Below, in pieces: positions 29,883 to 39,330 of a stretch of DNA of 64,000 nucleotides (the first letter of the stretch is position 1; every line of letters begins with the position of its first letter). Below the pieces are notes generated by a model. That model searched no databases. It saw only the letters and a program-made list of their open reading frames with translations, and was not told the DNA's origin. The stretch is taken from NCBI GenBank assembly GCA_963847705.1, contig CAWKBC010000027.1, positions 480,001 through 544,000 of the forward strand. Direction: 5' to 3'. Both the position numbers and the translations under genes were made by a program. The DNA comes from an uncultured Pseudomonadota bacterium. GTDB taxonomy: Bacteria > Myxococcota_A > Polyangia > Fen-1088.

Positions 29883-30641
29883 CTAGCGGTTGGCCACGCC
29901 GGTGACGCGCGCGACGCGATCGGCGAGCGGGCTGTCCGGGTGGGCCGCGATGAACCGCTGCGCGAGCGTCCGGGCCCGCGCAATCCGACCGAGGTGGTCG
30001 AGCGCCTCGATGCGCAACGCCGCTGCCTCGGGACGGAAGGTTCCGGTCCGATAGCTCGTGTCGTAACGATTCAGGAGGACGAGGGCGCGGTCGTCGGCTC
30101 CGGTCGAGACGGCGCTGCGGGCGGCGTCGACGAGGGCGATCTCGGCGCGGAGCTCGCTCGGTGTCGTGGCCGCGAGCGCGTGGTGGTGTGCGCGCGCGGG
30201 GATGGAGGTCGGGCGCTCGAAAGCGCGCGCGGCGGGCGCCGGCGCGGCGAGCGGCTCCGGGGCCAGCGGTGCGGGCCCCAGGACCACGGCCGGTGCGGCG
30301 GCGACCGGTCTCGGCGCCGCCTGGTGGCCGGCCGTCGAGCGGAGGCCGACGACGGCGCCGGTCACCGCCAGCGCCAGCACGCCGACGGAGATGGCGGGCC
30401 AGGCGAAAACCGGCGCGCTGGTCGTCAGCGCGGTGGCGGCCGCCCCCGACGACTTCACGGCCGCCGCGGTCACCGCGCTGGCGGCGATCGAGAGCCCCAG
30501 CGCCTGCTGCATCTTCCGCGTCAGCTCGACGGACGGCAGCTCGCGCGAGGCGGCGTCGAGCAGCCGCCGCTCGAGGTCGGTGGCACCGACGACGCGCAGC
30601 TGGGTCGGAAGCTTCGAATCGGGCGGCGTCACGCGGCTCAC
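29883..30641 (-). CDS. Anti-sigma-like single-pass membrane protein with C-terminal TPR-like domain
   Basis: GTGA overlap with the sigma stop, TM segment, Pro/Ala linker, LRAEIALVDAAR...EAAALRIEAL...FIAAHPDSPLA. Confidence 0.75.
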   Translation of the reverse strand: MSRVTPPDSKLPTQLRVVGATDLERRLLDAASRELPSVELTRKMQQALGLSIAASAVTAAAVKSSGAAATALTTSAPVFAWPAISVGVLALAVTGAVVGLRSTAGHQAAPRPVAAAPAVVLGPAPLAPEPLAAPAPAARAFERPTSIPARAHHHALAATTPSELRAEIALVDAARSAVSTGADDRALVLLNRYDTSYRTGTFRPEAAALRIEALDHLGRIARARTLAQRFIAAHPDSPLADRVARVTGVANR

Positions 30642-31222
30642 GCGGTCCCTTCGCGGCGCATCGTCAGCTCCAGCCGGCCGACCACGACGCGGAACTGTTC
30701 TCGGGCCCGGCGGAGGCGGGAGGCGACGGTGCCGAGCGGGATCTCCAGCGACGCCGCGATCTCGGGCGACGACAGCCCCTCGAGCTCGAACATCACGAAC
30801 ACCTCGGCGAGATCGGGATCGACCTTGGAGAGCGCCAGATCGCACAGCTGGACGGCGGAGCGCTCTTCGCTCGCGCTGCGGGCCTCGGCCACCCGCTGGT
30901 CCATGTCCTCTTCCAGCTGCCAGCGGACCGTCTTGCGACCGAACGAATGCGCCACCCGCAGCGCCGTCCCCACCAGGAAGGCCCTCTCGCTGTCGGGGTT
31001 GATGTCGCCCAGGCGTTCGGCGGCCACCAGGAAGGTCTGTTGGGTCACGTCGGCGGCGGTGTCGGGGGAGAGACCGCGGCGGCGCATCGTGCGCCAGACC
31101 ATCGCGTGGTGCGCGACGAACATCCGTTCCAGCCGGCTCTGATCGGGCTCGGCGCGCGGCGGCGTGGCGGGGTCCTGCTTACCCCCACCGATCCGCTCAA
31201 CGAGCCGCAATCTCCCCAGCAT
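30638..31222 (-). CDS. ECF RNA polymerase sigma factor
   Basis: AADVTQQTFL and FELEGLSSPEIAASLEIPLGTVASRLRRAR. Confidence 0.93.
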   Translation of the reverse strand: MLGRLRLVERIGGGKQDPATPPRAEPDQSRLERMFVAHHAMVWRTMRRRGLSPDTAADVTQQTFLVAAERLGDINPDSERAFLVGTALRVAHSFGRKTVRWQLEEDMDQRVAEARSASEERSAVQLCDLALSKVDPDLAEVFVMFELEGLSSPEIAASLEIPLGTVASRLRRAREQFRVVVGRLELTMRREGTA

Positions 31223-31258
31223 CTGCTACCCAATTATGCCCGTGGGGGGGCAGTTCGA

Positions 31259-32461
31259 TCACGGAAAGCGCACGCCCAATCCGAGCCCTGCTGCCATCGT
31301 GACAGCCGCGGTGCGGTGGAAGACGGCAGGCGTGAAGGCGAAGGAATCCCGGATCAATGACGCGCTGGCGCCAAGGCGCCCCGACAGCTCGAAGAGCCGC
31401 CCCAGCTCCAGGGAAAAGAGGAGCGCGCCGCCGGCGGCGGCGAACGGGCGGGCGGCGGTCGCCGGCGCGTAGGTCACGGATCCGGAGGCGCCCAGCCGGC
31501 CATAGAGCGCCGTTCCGCAGGCGCGGGCTGCGAAGGGGGAGAGGCGCAGGCGGAGCGCGCAGGCGTCCAGCGTGACGGCGTCGAGCGTGAAGGCCGCCGT
31601 TCCGCCCGGCTCCATCAGGCCGCTCGACCAGGCGTGCGTTCCGGTCGCGACGATGGCGGGCGACCAGAGCGCCTCGCGATCGAGCGCGGCGATCAGGTAA
31701 ACGCCCAGGCCCGGGAGCGCTCCGGGCGTCAGCCCGAAAATCGCCTGCGCACTGACGCCGCCACCGAAGCGACTCTGCGTGGCGACCGGGGGTGCGGGGG
31801 GAGAAGCGACGACCGAGGGCTCGCGGCGCGCGGACGGCGCGGGCGGCGCTCCTCGATCGGGCCGGGTCGGGGCGTCAGCCGATGGCGCGGGCGCCGGCGC
31901 GGGGCCTGGCCCCGGCGGGAGGCGCGGAGGCTCGTCCGTGGCTGGCGCCGCCGGCGTCGGCCCGGTCTGCGGCGCGGAGGGGGGTGGGGCGGTCGCCGCG
32001 GGGCGCCCAGCCGCGGCCGCCGCCGCTGGCGAGGTGGGTGCCGCCCCCGACGCCGACACCGACATGGGGTCGAGCGTGAGCGCGATGATGAGCGCGATGG
32101 CGTCGGTCGCTTCGGCGCACGATGCGGCCGACAGGCGACGCGACGAGATCCTGCCGTCGGGCTGGACAATCACCAGCTCGCCCACGGCGCCGTGGGGCCC
32201 GTGCGCGATCACCGCCCGGACGGTCGGACCGGTGGCCTGTTCGTCGTCGAAGTGGATGCGATGCGAGCGGGCGGTGACGCGCCCTGCGAGCTCTTCGCGG
32301 GTGGTGCAATCGGGGAGGGCCTGGACCTCCAACCGCGCGGACGTGCTGGCAAGCTCGGCCGGAGCGGCCGCGGCGCCGATCACCGGGAGCAGCAGGGCCC
32401 CGAGCAGCGCACCCAGGAGAGAGCTGACGCGTGCGGTGCGCACCCGCCGCGATGTTAGCAT
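31259..32461 (-). CDS. Secreted / outer-membrane protein with Pro-rich linker and beta-barrel-like C-terminus
   Basis: Signal peptide, RRLSAASCAEATDAIALIIALTLDP, Pro-rich linker, strands ending GLGLGVRFP. Start uncertain. Confidence 0.7.
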   Translation of the reverse strand: MLTSRRVRTARVSSLLGALLGALLLPVIGAAAAPAELASTSARLEVQALPDCTTREELAGRVTARSHRIHFDDEQATGPTVRAVIAHGPHGAVGELVIVQPDGRISSRRLSAASCAEATDAIALIIALTLDPMSVSASGAAPTSPAAAAAAGRPAATAPPPSAPQTGPTPAAPATDEPPRLPPGPGPAPAPAPSADAPTRPDRGAPPAPSARREPSVVASPPAPPVATQSRFGGGVSAQAIFGLTPGALPGLGVYLIAALDREALWSPAIVATGTHAWSSGLMEPGGTAAFTLDAVTLDACALRLRLSPFAARACGTALYGRLGASGSVTYAPATAARPFAAAGGALLFSLELGRLFELSGRLGASASLIRDSFAFTPAVFHRTAAVTMAAGLGLGVRFP

Positions 32462-32467
32462 CGGGGC

Positions 32468-33424
32468 ATGCGGCCGGTCGCTCTGATCGCGCTGGCGCTC
32501 TGCACGCCGGCTTGCTCGACCGGGAAGATCGTCAGCCTGGGAGACATGAACCCCGTGCCGTACCACTTCGACGCGCCGGTGATGGTGGCGGAGCTGGCCT
32601 CTCCGTCGCGCACCGACAACCCGACGCTGACCGGCGATCTGCTGGAGATCTACTTCACGACCGACCGGGTGAGCGGCAACGGCGACGTCTGGTTCGCGAC
32701 GCGGGCGACGGCGACCGCGCCGTTCGGGACGCCGGCGCCGGTGACCGCCGTCAACGGGGACTCGTTCGAGACCAGCTCGGCGATCTCCGCTGACGGGCTG
32801 ACGTTGTGGTTCGGGTCGGATCGCGCCGGGGGCGTCGGCGCCAACGACATCTGGGTCTCACAGCGGGCGACGCGGGCGTCGGCCTGGTCGACGCCGGTGA
32901 ACGTGGTGGCGCTGAACTCGACGGCCGACGACATCCCTCGACCGCCCGGCCAGCACGGGCTGGTGATGCCGATGTCGTCGACGAAGACGACCAGCGCCAA
33001 CCCCAGCTCCACCAACTACCAGCTCTACCTGGCGACGCGCCCGACGCCAGGCGCCCCGTTTGGGGCGCCGGTGGCGGTCCTGGAGCTCGACCACACCGAC
33101 AGCAGCACGGTCGACGGCTTCCTGAGCGACGACGGTCTGACGATGTTTTTCTCGTCGGCGCCGGTGGCGGAACGGGCCGACGCGGCGGTCTCCGCGGCCG
33201 ACGCCGGCAAGACGACCGACGCCGGCGTCGCCAACTCGGATCTCTTCGTCGCCTGGCGCCTGTCGACGAACGCATCGTTCTCGGCCGTCCAGCCGCTCGT
33301 CGATCTCAACACCGCGGCCGACGAGCGCGATCCCTGGCTCACCCCCGACGGCACGACGCTCTACTTCACCTCCGACCGGGGCGGCGTGCTCAACATCTAC
33401 ACTGCGGCGGTCAAGCCGCGCTGA
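32468..33424 (+). CDS. PD40 / WD40-like beta-propeller lipoprotein
   Basis: Lipobox TPAC. Repeats PTLTGDLLEIYF, ISADGLTLWFGSDR, PWLTPDGTTLYFTSDR. Confidence 0.85.
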   Translation: MRPVALIALALCTPACSTGKIVSLGDMNPVPYHFDAPVMVAELASPSRTDNPTLTGDLLEIYFTTDRVSGNGDVWFATRATATAPFGTPAPVTAVNGDSFETSSAISADGLTLWFGSDRAGGVGANDIWVSQRATRASAWSTPVNVVALNSTADDIPRPPGQHGLVMPMSSTKTTSANPSSTNYQLYLATRPTPGAPFGAPVAVLELDHTDSSTVDGFLSDDGLTMFFSSAPVAERADAAVSAADAGKTTDAGVANSDLFVAWRLSTNASFSAVQPLVDLNTAADERDPWLTPDGTTLYFTSDRGGVLNIYTAAVKPR

Positions 33425-33430
33425 GGGCGC

Positions 33431-35215
33431 TCAGGTTCCGGGCGGCTGCCAGCCACCGAGGACCGTGGACGGCGAGCTCAACGTCGCGGCTTCCGAGGCG
33501 GAGATCTGCATCGAGCCGGCGTAACGCTTGCTCACGTCGACGGCGGTCCCCGAGGGGGTGACGCTCTGGTACTCCCAGAAGCGCAGCTGCGAGGCGTCGC
33601 TGCCGGCGGTGATGGTCCAGCCGACGGGGGCGATGTTGCTCGTCATCTGGCAGTTGACGTAAGCGACCATGCTGCCCGGGTACGCCGTCAGATCGATGCG
33701 CGCCAGCGCGATGCCGGTCGACACCGAGTCCGAGGTGAGCTTGCAGTCGACGAAGACGTAGCCGTAGGCCCCCGCCGCGTTGCGGGCCTGCACGATCACG
33801 CCGCCCGACCGGTTGATGGTGCGGATCTCGCAACTGTCGAAGTAGACGACGCCGCCCCCCCAGACGTAGTCGACGTTCCCCTCGATGAGGTCGTTCTTGG
33901 CGTAGATGCGGCCGTCCCACAGCAGCGTGTCCTGGTAGCTGATGACCGTCGCGTTGGTGACCACGCACTTGTCGCAGGTCTCGAGCCGGAGCGCCTCGGC
34001 CTGCGACCCCCCCTGTGGCGTCTGGTTGTAGACGGTGAGGTTGTTGATGACCAGGCCGTTGGTGCCGTCGGCGCCGAACAACGCGCGCCCCTTGGTGCTG
34101 GGGTTGAGATTGTTGTTGTTGGTCCCCTCGATGATCGTGCCGGTCTCGCTGGCCCCCTGGATGCTGACGTTGCTCTTCGACTTGAAGTAGACGATCTCGT
34201 GGTAGGTGCCGCTGGCCATGGAGACGGTGACGGCGGCCGTGTTGTTGGCCGGGATGAAGTCGAGCGCGCCTTGCAGCGAGCAGAACGGCGCCGAGCCGTC
34301 CAGCGCCACCCCGACCGCGGCCTTGTTGGTCGGCGCGGCGGAGGCGGTGGTGAACCGCCAGGCCGTCGAGCCGGTGACCACGAACGCGGCTCCCGACGAG
34401 CTCTTGATCGCGCCCGAGGCGACGTTGACGTAGTAGGTCTGGTTGTAGGTGAGCGGCTTCGACGGCAGGTAGACGACCACCGTGTCGCCGTCGACGTAGA
34501 CCGGCCGCTGGGAGGTGAACGTCATGCCGCCGTTGGTGGTGCTGAAGGTGCTGGCGCCGACGTCGACGGACGCCACCGCGGTCCCGCTGGAATTGAAGAC
34601 CTGGATGAGACCGGATGAGCCGATGGTGGGCGCCGCCGAGAAGGTGATGCGGAGCTGTGGATCGGGACAGACGTTGGTGCCGTTCACCGGCGGATAGACC
34701 GAGCTGGCGTTGCCGGGCGCGTTCCCGGTGCCGGTCGTGCCGCCCGTGCCCGTGGTCCCACCCGTCGCTGCGCCGCCGGTGCCGGTCGTTCCACCGGTCG
34801 CCGCTGTGCCACCGGTGCCGGTTGTGCCGCCGGTTCCGGCCTTGCCCGCCGCGCCGCCGGTTCCCGTCGTGCCGCCGGTTTCGGTCGTGCCGCCGGTCGC
34901 GCCCGACGTGCCGCCTTTGGCGCCAGCGCCCGCGGTCCCTGTCGCGCCACCCGTTCCCGCCCTGCCGCCACCACCGCCCGCGCCGGGCGAGCCGGCGGTG
35001 CCGCCGCCGCCGGTTCCCACGGCGCCGCCGCTCCCGTTGCCGCCCGTGGCGCTGACACCACCGCTGCCATTGCCGCCCCCCTCTCCTCGAGCGCTCCCGC
35101 CGGTGGCGTTGTCACCCCCGCTGCCCGAGCCGGCGTCGTTCGCCGTCTCGCTGTTGGCGCAGGCCGCGAGCACGATGGTGATGCAGGTGATGAGCGCGAG
35201 TCGGAGGTTCTTCAT
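33431..35215 (-). CDS. Pectin methylesterase (CE8) lipoprotein with Gly/Thr linker and Ig-like domain
   Basis: Lipobox LAAC, GTYHE, QAEAL, YQDTL, IEGNVDYVWG, GYVFVDC. Confidence 0.9.
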   Translation of the reverse strand: MKNLRLALITCITIVLAACANSETANDAGSGSGGDNATGGSARGEGGGNGSGGVSATGGNGSGGAVGTGGGGTAGSPGAGGGGGRAGTGGATGTAGAGAKGGTSGATGGTTETGGTTGTGGAAGKAGTGGTTGTGGTAATGGTTGTGGAATGGTTGTGGTTGTGNAPGNASSVYPPVNGTNVCPDPQLRITFSAAPTIGSSGLIQVFNSSGTAVASVDVGASTFSTTNGGMTFTSQRPVYVDGDTVVVYLPSKPLTYNQTYYVNVASGAIKSSSGAAFVVTGSTAWRFTTASAAPTNKAAVGVALDGSAPFCSLQGALDFIPANNTAAVTVSMASGTYHEIVYFKSKSNVSIQGASETGTIIEGTNNNNLNPSTKGRALFGADGTNGLVINNLTVYNQTPQGGSQAEALRLETCDKCVVTNATVISYQDTLLWDGRIYAKNDLIEGNVDYVWGGGVVYFDSCEIRTINRSGGVIVQARNAAGAYGYVFVDCKLTSDSVSTGIALARIDLTAYPGSMVAYVNCQMTSNIAPVGWTITAGSDASQLRFWEYQSVTPSGTAVDVSKRYAGSMQISASEAATLSSPSTVLGGWQPPGT

Positions 35216-35508
35216 TGGGGTCCTGCTCCTGCCTGGACGGCCGGCTGAATGCCCACTCTGCCGCCGGTGCCAGGGGCGCCGCCTGTTCCAACGGTGCCAC
35301 CGGTGTGGATGGCCCCACCGGTCCCGGGAGTCCCTCCGGTCTCGAGCGTCCCGCCGGTGCCTGTCGCGCCACCTTTGCCGTCCGTGTTGGTCGCCCCGCC
35401 GGTTCCCGTCGCGCCACCGCTCCCTCCCGCGTCCACCTCCACCTCGGAGCTCTGACAGGCACAGGCAAGCAGGAAGGCGAGCAAGCTCGCGCGGATGGGG
35501 TGACGCAC
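35212..35508 (-). CDS. Small lipoprotein made almost entirely of Gly/Thr linker
   Basis: GGAGG RBS, GTG start, LLAC lipobox, TGG repeats. Its stop overlaps the CE8 ATG (ATGA). Confidence 0.65.
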   Translation of the reverse strand: MRHPIRASLLAFLLACACQSSEVEVDAGGSGGATGTGGATNTDGKGGATGTGGTLETGGTPGTGGAIHTGGTVGTGGAPGTGGRVGIQPAVQAGAGPQ

Positions 35509-35551
35509 GGGGGGGACCTCCGGTCATGGCGCGGAATGGCGCCCGCCCCTC

Positions 35552-35793
35552 AATGCCGTCCGAGGCGTGTCTCGATCACGAAATCGGGCCCTGCGTGGCT
35601 CACATCAACGTGGCGCCGCACCTCGGTCGGTGCCCCCGTGTTGACGGGCGTCACACGATGCGACGCCAGGTGAGCCGTCCGGGGCTCAAGCCAACACTTC
35701 CGTCGAGACTTGTTCTCGAAGAGGTGCATCCCCGCGCCACGCGAAACCGACCGGGTGTCGATTTCGTGATCTGCCGGGACAGGTCGCTGCATT
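35552..35793. promoter_or_regulatory. Divergent regulatory region with mirrored CGATTTCGTGATC-N17-GCATT motifs and a central palindrome
   Basis: Minus-strand copy at 35586-35552, plus-strand copy at 35759-35793. TCGAGA-N5-TCTCGA at 35703-35719. Confidence 0.6.
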
Positions 35794-35849
35794 CACCGCC
35801 GGCGCGAGCAGTTCCCTCGCCCCGTCCCCGTCCCCCGCGGAGGCCCCCC

Positions 35850-37686
35850 ATGTTGTCCTCGCTGTCGCGCTCGTTCCCCAGTCCCCTCGTCGCCAGGCTC
35901 TGCGCTGGAGGGGGGTTCGCGCTCTTGCTGCTGGCGGGATGTGCGGAAGGCGGTGGGAGCACCACCGACAACGGGACAGGTGGGAGCGGGCCGACGGGTG
36001 AAACCGGGGGGAGCAGTGGGACCGGGGGCTCGGCCAGCGGCGGCAGCGTGGGGACCGGTGGCAACCGAGGGACTGGCGGCTCGGTGGCGACCGGTGGAGT
36101 CATCGGGACGGGGGGCACGACGGGGACGGGCGGCACCACGGCGACCGGCGGCACGACCGGCAAGGGCGGCGCCACCGGCACCGGCGGGACCACCGGGACT
36201 GGCGGTGCTTCGGCAACGGGGGGCACGACGGGGACGGGCGGCACGACGGCGACCGGCGGCACGACCGGCAAGGGCGGCGCGACTGGCACCGGCGGGACCA
36301 CCGCGACAGGTGGCACCACCGGGACTGGCGGTGCCTCGGCGACGGGCGGCACGCCGGGCACCGGCGGGACGACAACCGCGGGGACGTGCGGCGCGGGCGA
36401 CAGCAACATGCCGGCGCAGCCGACGTTGCCGTCGAGCCTCTGCGCGACGCTGTCGGCGACCAAGAACGTCGCCGCCAACGGCGTCCCCAGCGAGTCGAAC
36501 GCCGACACCTCGACGATTCAAGCGGCGCTGAGCGGCTGCGGCGCGGGCAAGGCGGTCAAGCTGGTGCAGAGCGGCTCGAACAACGCCTTTCTCACCGGGC
36601 CGATCACGGTCCCCTCGGGCGTCACCCTCTGGGTCGACACCGGGGTCACGCTGTACGGCACGCGCGATCCCAACGTCTACGGCTCGGCGGGCGCGCTCAT
36701 CGCGGTCAAGGGGGCCAACGCGGGGATCGTCGGTGGCGGCGTCATCGACGGGCAGGGGGGCGAGCCGAACGTCGGCAGCTCGTCGTCCTTCTGGGACGCG
36801 AACGGCAACGGCGGCTCGAGCCCCGCGCTGATCCAGGTGAGCAGCGCCACCAACTTCACGCTCTACCAGATCACGCTCCACAACGCGCCGATGTTCCACG
36901 TCAAGCTCTCGGCGGCCGGGTTCGTCGCCTGGGGCGTCACCATCAAGACGCCGTCGAAGTCGACCAACAGCGCGGGCACCGCGCTCACCTACACGAGCGC
37001 GCACAACACCGACGGGATCGATCCGGGCGAGTCGGCCAGCAACGGCTACATCGTCTGCAGCGAGATCAGCGACGGCGACGATCACATCGCCATCAAGGGG
37101 TCGAGCTCGTCGGGGGTCACCAACCTGACCATCGCGCACAACCATCTCGAGGCCGGCCACGGCATCTCGATTGGCAGCGAGTTCACCGGCGGCGTCTCGG
37201 GGATCAAGGTCTACGACATCGGGATCGATCAGAGCGGGACGGGCACCGGCGGCGGCAGCTCGAACGGGCTCCGGATCAAGTCCGACTCCAGCCGCGGCGG
37301 TCTGGTGAACAACGTCAGCTACAGTGACATCTGCATGCGCGGCGTGGCGAATCCGATCTTCCTGACGCCGACCTACTCGTCCTCCACCGGCAGCGACATC
37401 CCGCACTACACGAACATCACCTTCTCGAACATTCACTACCTGACGGGCGGCAGCAACTCGCCGACGGTGACGCTCGACGGGTACAGCTCCTCGTACATCA
37501 ACAGCGTCACGCTCGACAACGTCGTCTTCGACGCGACCCCCAAGGTGACGGCGTCGTACACCAACGTGACGCTGGGACCGGGCGACGGTGAGCTTCACGC
37601 CGTCGGGAACGGGGGTGACCGTCACCAACAAGGTCTCCGGCTCGTCGACGCCGAACCCCTGCACCAACAAGTTCGTGACCTTCTAG
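35850..37686 (+). CDS. GH28 polygalacturonase lipoprotein (1-nt frameshift near 37584)
   Basis: GGAGG RBS, lipobox LAGC, NTDG, GDD, GHG and RIK motifs. Removing one base near 37584 restores a C-terminus (...STPNPCTNKFVTF) matching the paralog at 41564. Confidence 0.9.
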
Positions 37687-37690
37687 CGGC

Positions 37691-39229
37691 TCAGCCGCCG
37701 GCCGGCGAGAACGAGAACGGATAGGAGACCACGGCCAGGCCCCCGTGGTCGGGCTGCGGAAACTCCCAGCGCTTGACCGCGTTGACCAGGCAGCTGTCGA
37801 CGGCGGCGACGCCAAGCGACGAGCTTTGCACCACGGAGCTCAGCACGCGCCCGGTGGGGGCGATCGCGAACTGGACGACGATGCGCCCGGTGAGCGACGG
37901 TCGGGTGACGAGCGCCTGCTCGTAGCAGGACTTCACCTCGTTCAGGTGGCGACGGACGGTGCGGCGGATGATCTCTTTGTCGAGCGTTCCGTTCACGTGC
38001 AAGATCCCCGGAATGAAGCTCGGCACGGTGGATTGGCGCGTGTGCAGCCCGCCAACGCCGGGACCGATGCCGTAGACCGGACCGCCCTGGCCGCCGAAGC
38101 GACCGGTCGTTCCGAGCGGGCCGCCGCCGCCGATGGTCCCCTCGCGCTCGCCGCCGCCGCCGCGGCCGGTGCCTTTGACGCCCAGGCCACCCGGACCAAA
38201 GGCGGAGCCGGGATTCGAGGCGACCAGGTTTCCCACGATGTCTTGCACGTCGGCGCCCAGAGCCGGGCCGTCGGCGAAAACGTCGGCGAACGCGCTCTGC
38301 CGCGGGCCGTCGAGCACGGCCAGCAAGCTGTTGTCGTGAATCTGCGCCGCGACCGCCCGCGCATCTTGCGGGCGCGCGGTCCCTCTGATTGTCATGTGGC
38401 GGGAGGTGTCGTGCGACTTTCGATCGCCGGCCTGGCCAGGGGGCTTCGCGGCCGCCGCCGAGCCGCCTCCTCCGGCTGTTTGCGGCAGCGCGCGCGCACG
38501 GTCGATCTCGGGGGCGGTCATCTCCAGCGGGACGGTGATCAGCCGGGCCATCCGGCCCGGGGCGTCGAGCGTGTCGAGCGAGAGCGCGTGCGGATCGGAT
38601 GGAACGAGGTGCGCGAGCGCCAGCAGGAGGCCCAGCACGATCGCCACGGCCAGCGGGTACTTCACGCCGGCGCGCCAGCCTGAGGGGAGCCAGGGCCGGG
38701 GGACCGTCGCCGCCGGCTGCGCCGGTTCGAGGTCGAAGGTCACCTCGCCGCAAGGGACGTGCAGGCGGCTGCCCGGCGGTAGCATCAAGGGGGCTTCGGC
38801 GCGTCCGAGATCGGGCGCGAGCGGCAACGCCTGCCGCTCCGTCTGCAGAACGGCCCGCATTGCGGAGGTGAGGTTGAGAACGAACCCGCCCGGCGCCGGT
38901 TCGATGAACAGGTGGCGGCGCGGCGCCAGCGGATCGTTCATCTCGGGGAGCCAGGCGGGGTTCACCGGCGCGTCGGCGCCGCGCGCGTTCCCGATGGTGA
39001 AGCCTCGCGATTCGTCGCTGCGCAGCAGGCGGCTCGCCAGGGTGATGTCGCGAAAGCGGGCCGAGACGAGCAGCGCCGGCGTGGCGAGGCGGAGCGGCGC
39101 CGAGGCGACAGGCCTCGTCGTCGGGGCGTCGAGCTCGAACGGGGGGGCGCTGCCGGCGAGCGGGACGGGTGGTTGCGGCGGCAGGACGAGCGGTTGGCGT
39201 TGCGAGCGGCGTTGATCGACTGGGCGCAT
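37691..39229 (-). CDS. GltG/AgmX-like protein with TM, Gly-rich linker and TonB-C-like (AgmX/PglI C-terminal) domain
   Basis: GGAGG RBS and LDKEIIRRTVRRHLNEVKSCYEQAL...GRIVVQFAIAPTGRV...WEFPQP...VSYPFSF. Confidence 0.8.
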   Translation of the reverse strand: MRPVDQRRSQRQPLVLPPQPPVPLAGSAPPFELDAPTTRPVASAPLRLATPALLVSARFRDITLASRLLRSDESRGFTIGNARGADAPVNPAWLPEMNDPLAPRRHLFIEPAPGGFVLNLTSAMRAVLQTERQALPLAPDLGRAEAPLMLPPGSRLHVPCGEVTFDLEPAQPAATVPRPWLPSGWRAGVKYPLAVAIVLGLLLALAHLVPSDPHALSLDTLDAPGRMARLITVPLEMTAPEIDRARALPQTAGGGGSAAAAKPPGQAGDRKSHDTSRHMTIRGTARPQDARAVAAQIHDNSLLAVLDGPRQSAFADVFADGPALGADVQDIVGNLVASNPGSAFGPGGLGVKGTGRGGGGEREGTIGGGGPLGTTGRFGGQGGPVYGIGPGVGGLHTRQSTVPSFIPGILHVNGTLDKEIIRRTVRRHLNEVKSCYEQALVTRPSLTGRIVVQFAIAPTGRVLSSVVQSSSLGVAAVDSCLVNAVKRWEFPQPDHGGLAVVSYPFSFSPAGG

Positions 39230-39330
39230 GGCGGCCTCCTGGATCGAAGGACACGCCCTGGGCGCCGCAGTTCCGTGAGAACTTTCGGCGCACGCCGTTG
39301 TCGCGCTGGCGATCGCGGCTGCGCGCGTGG

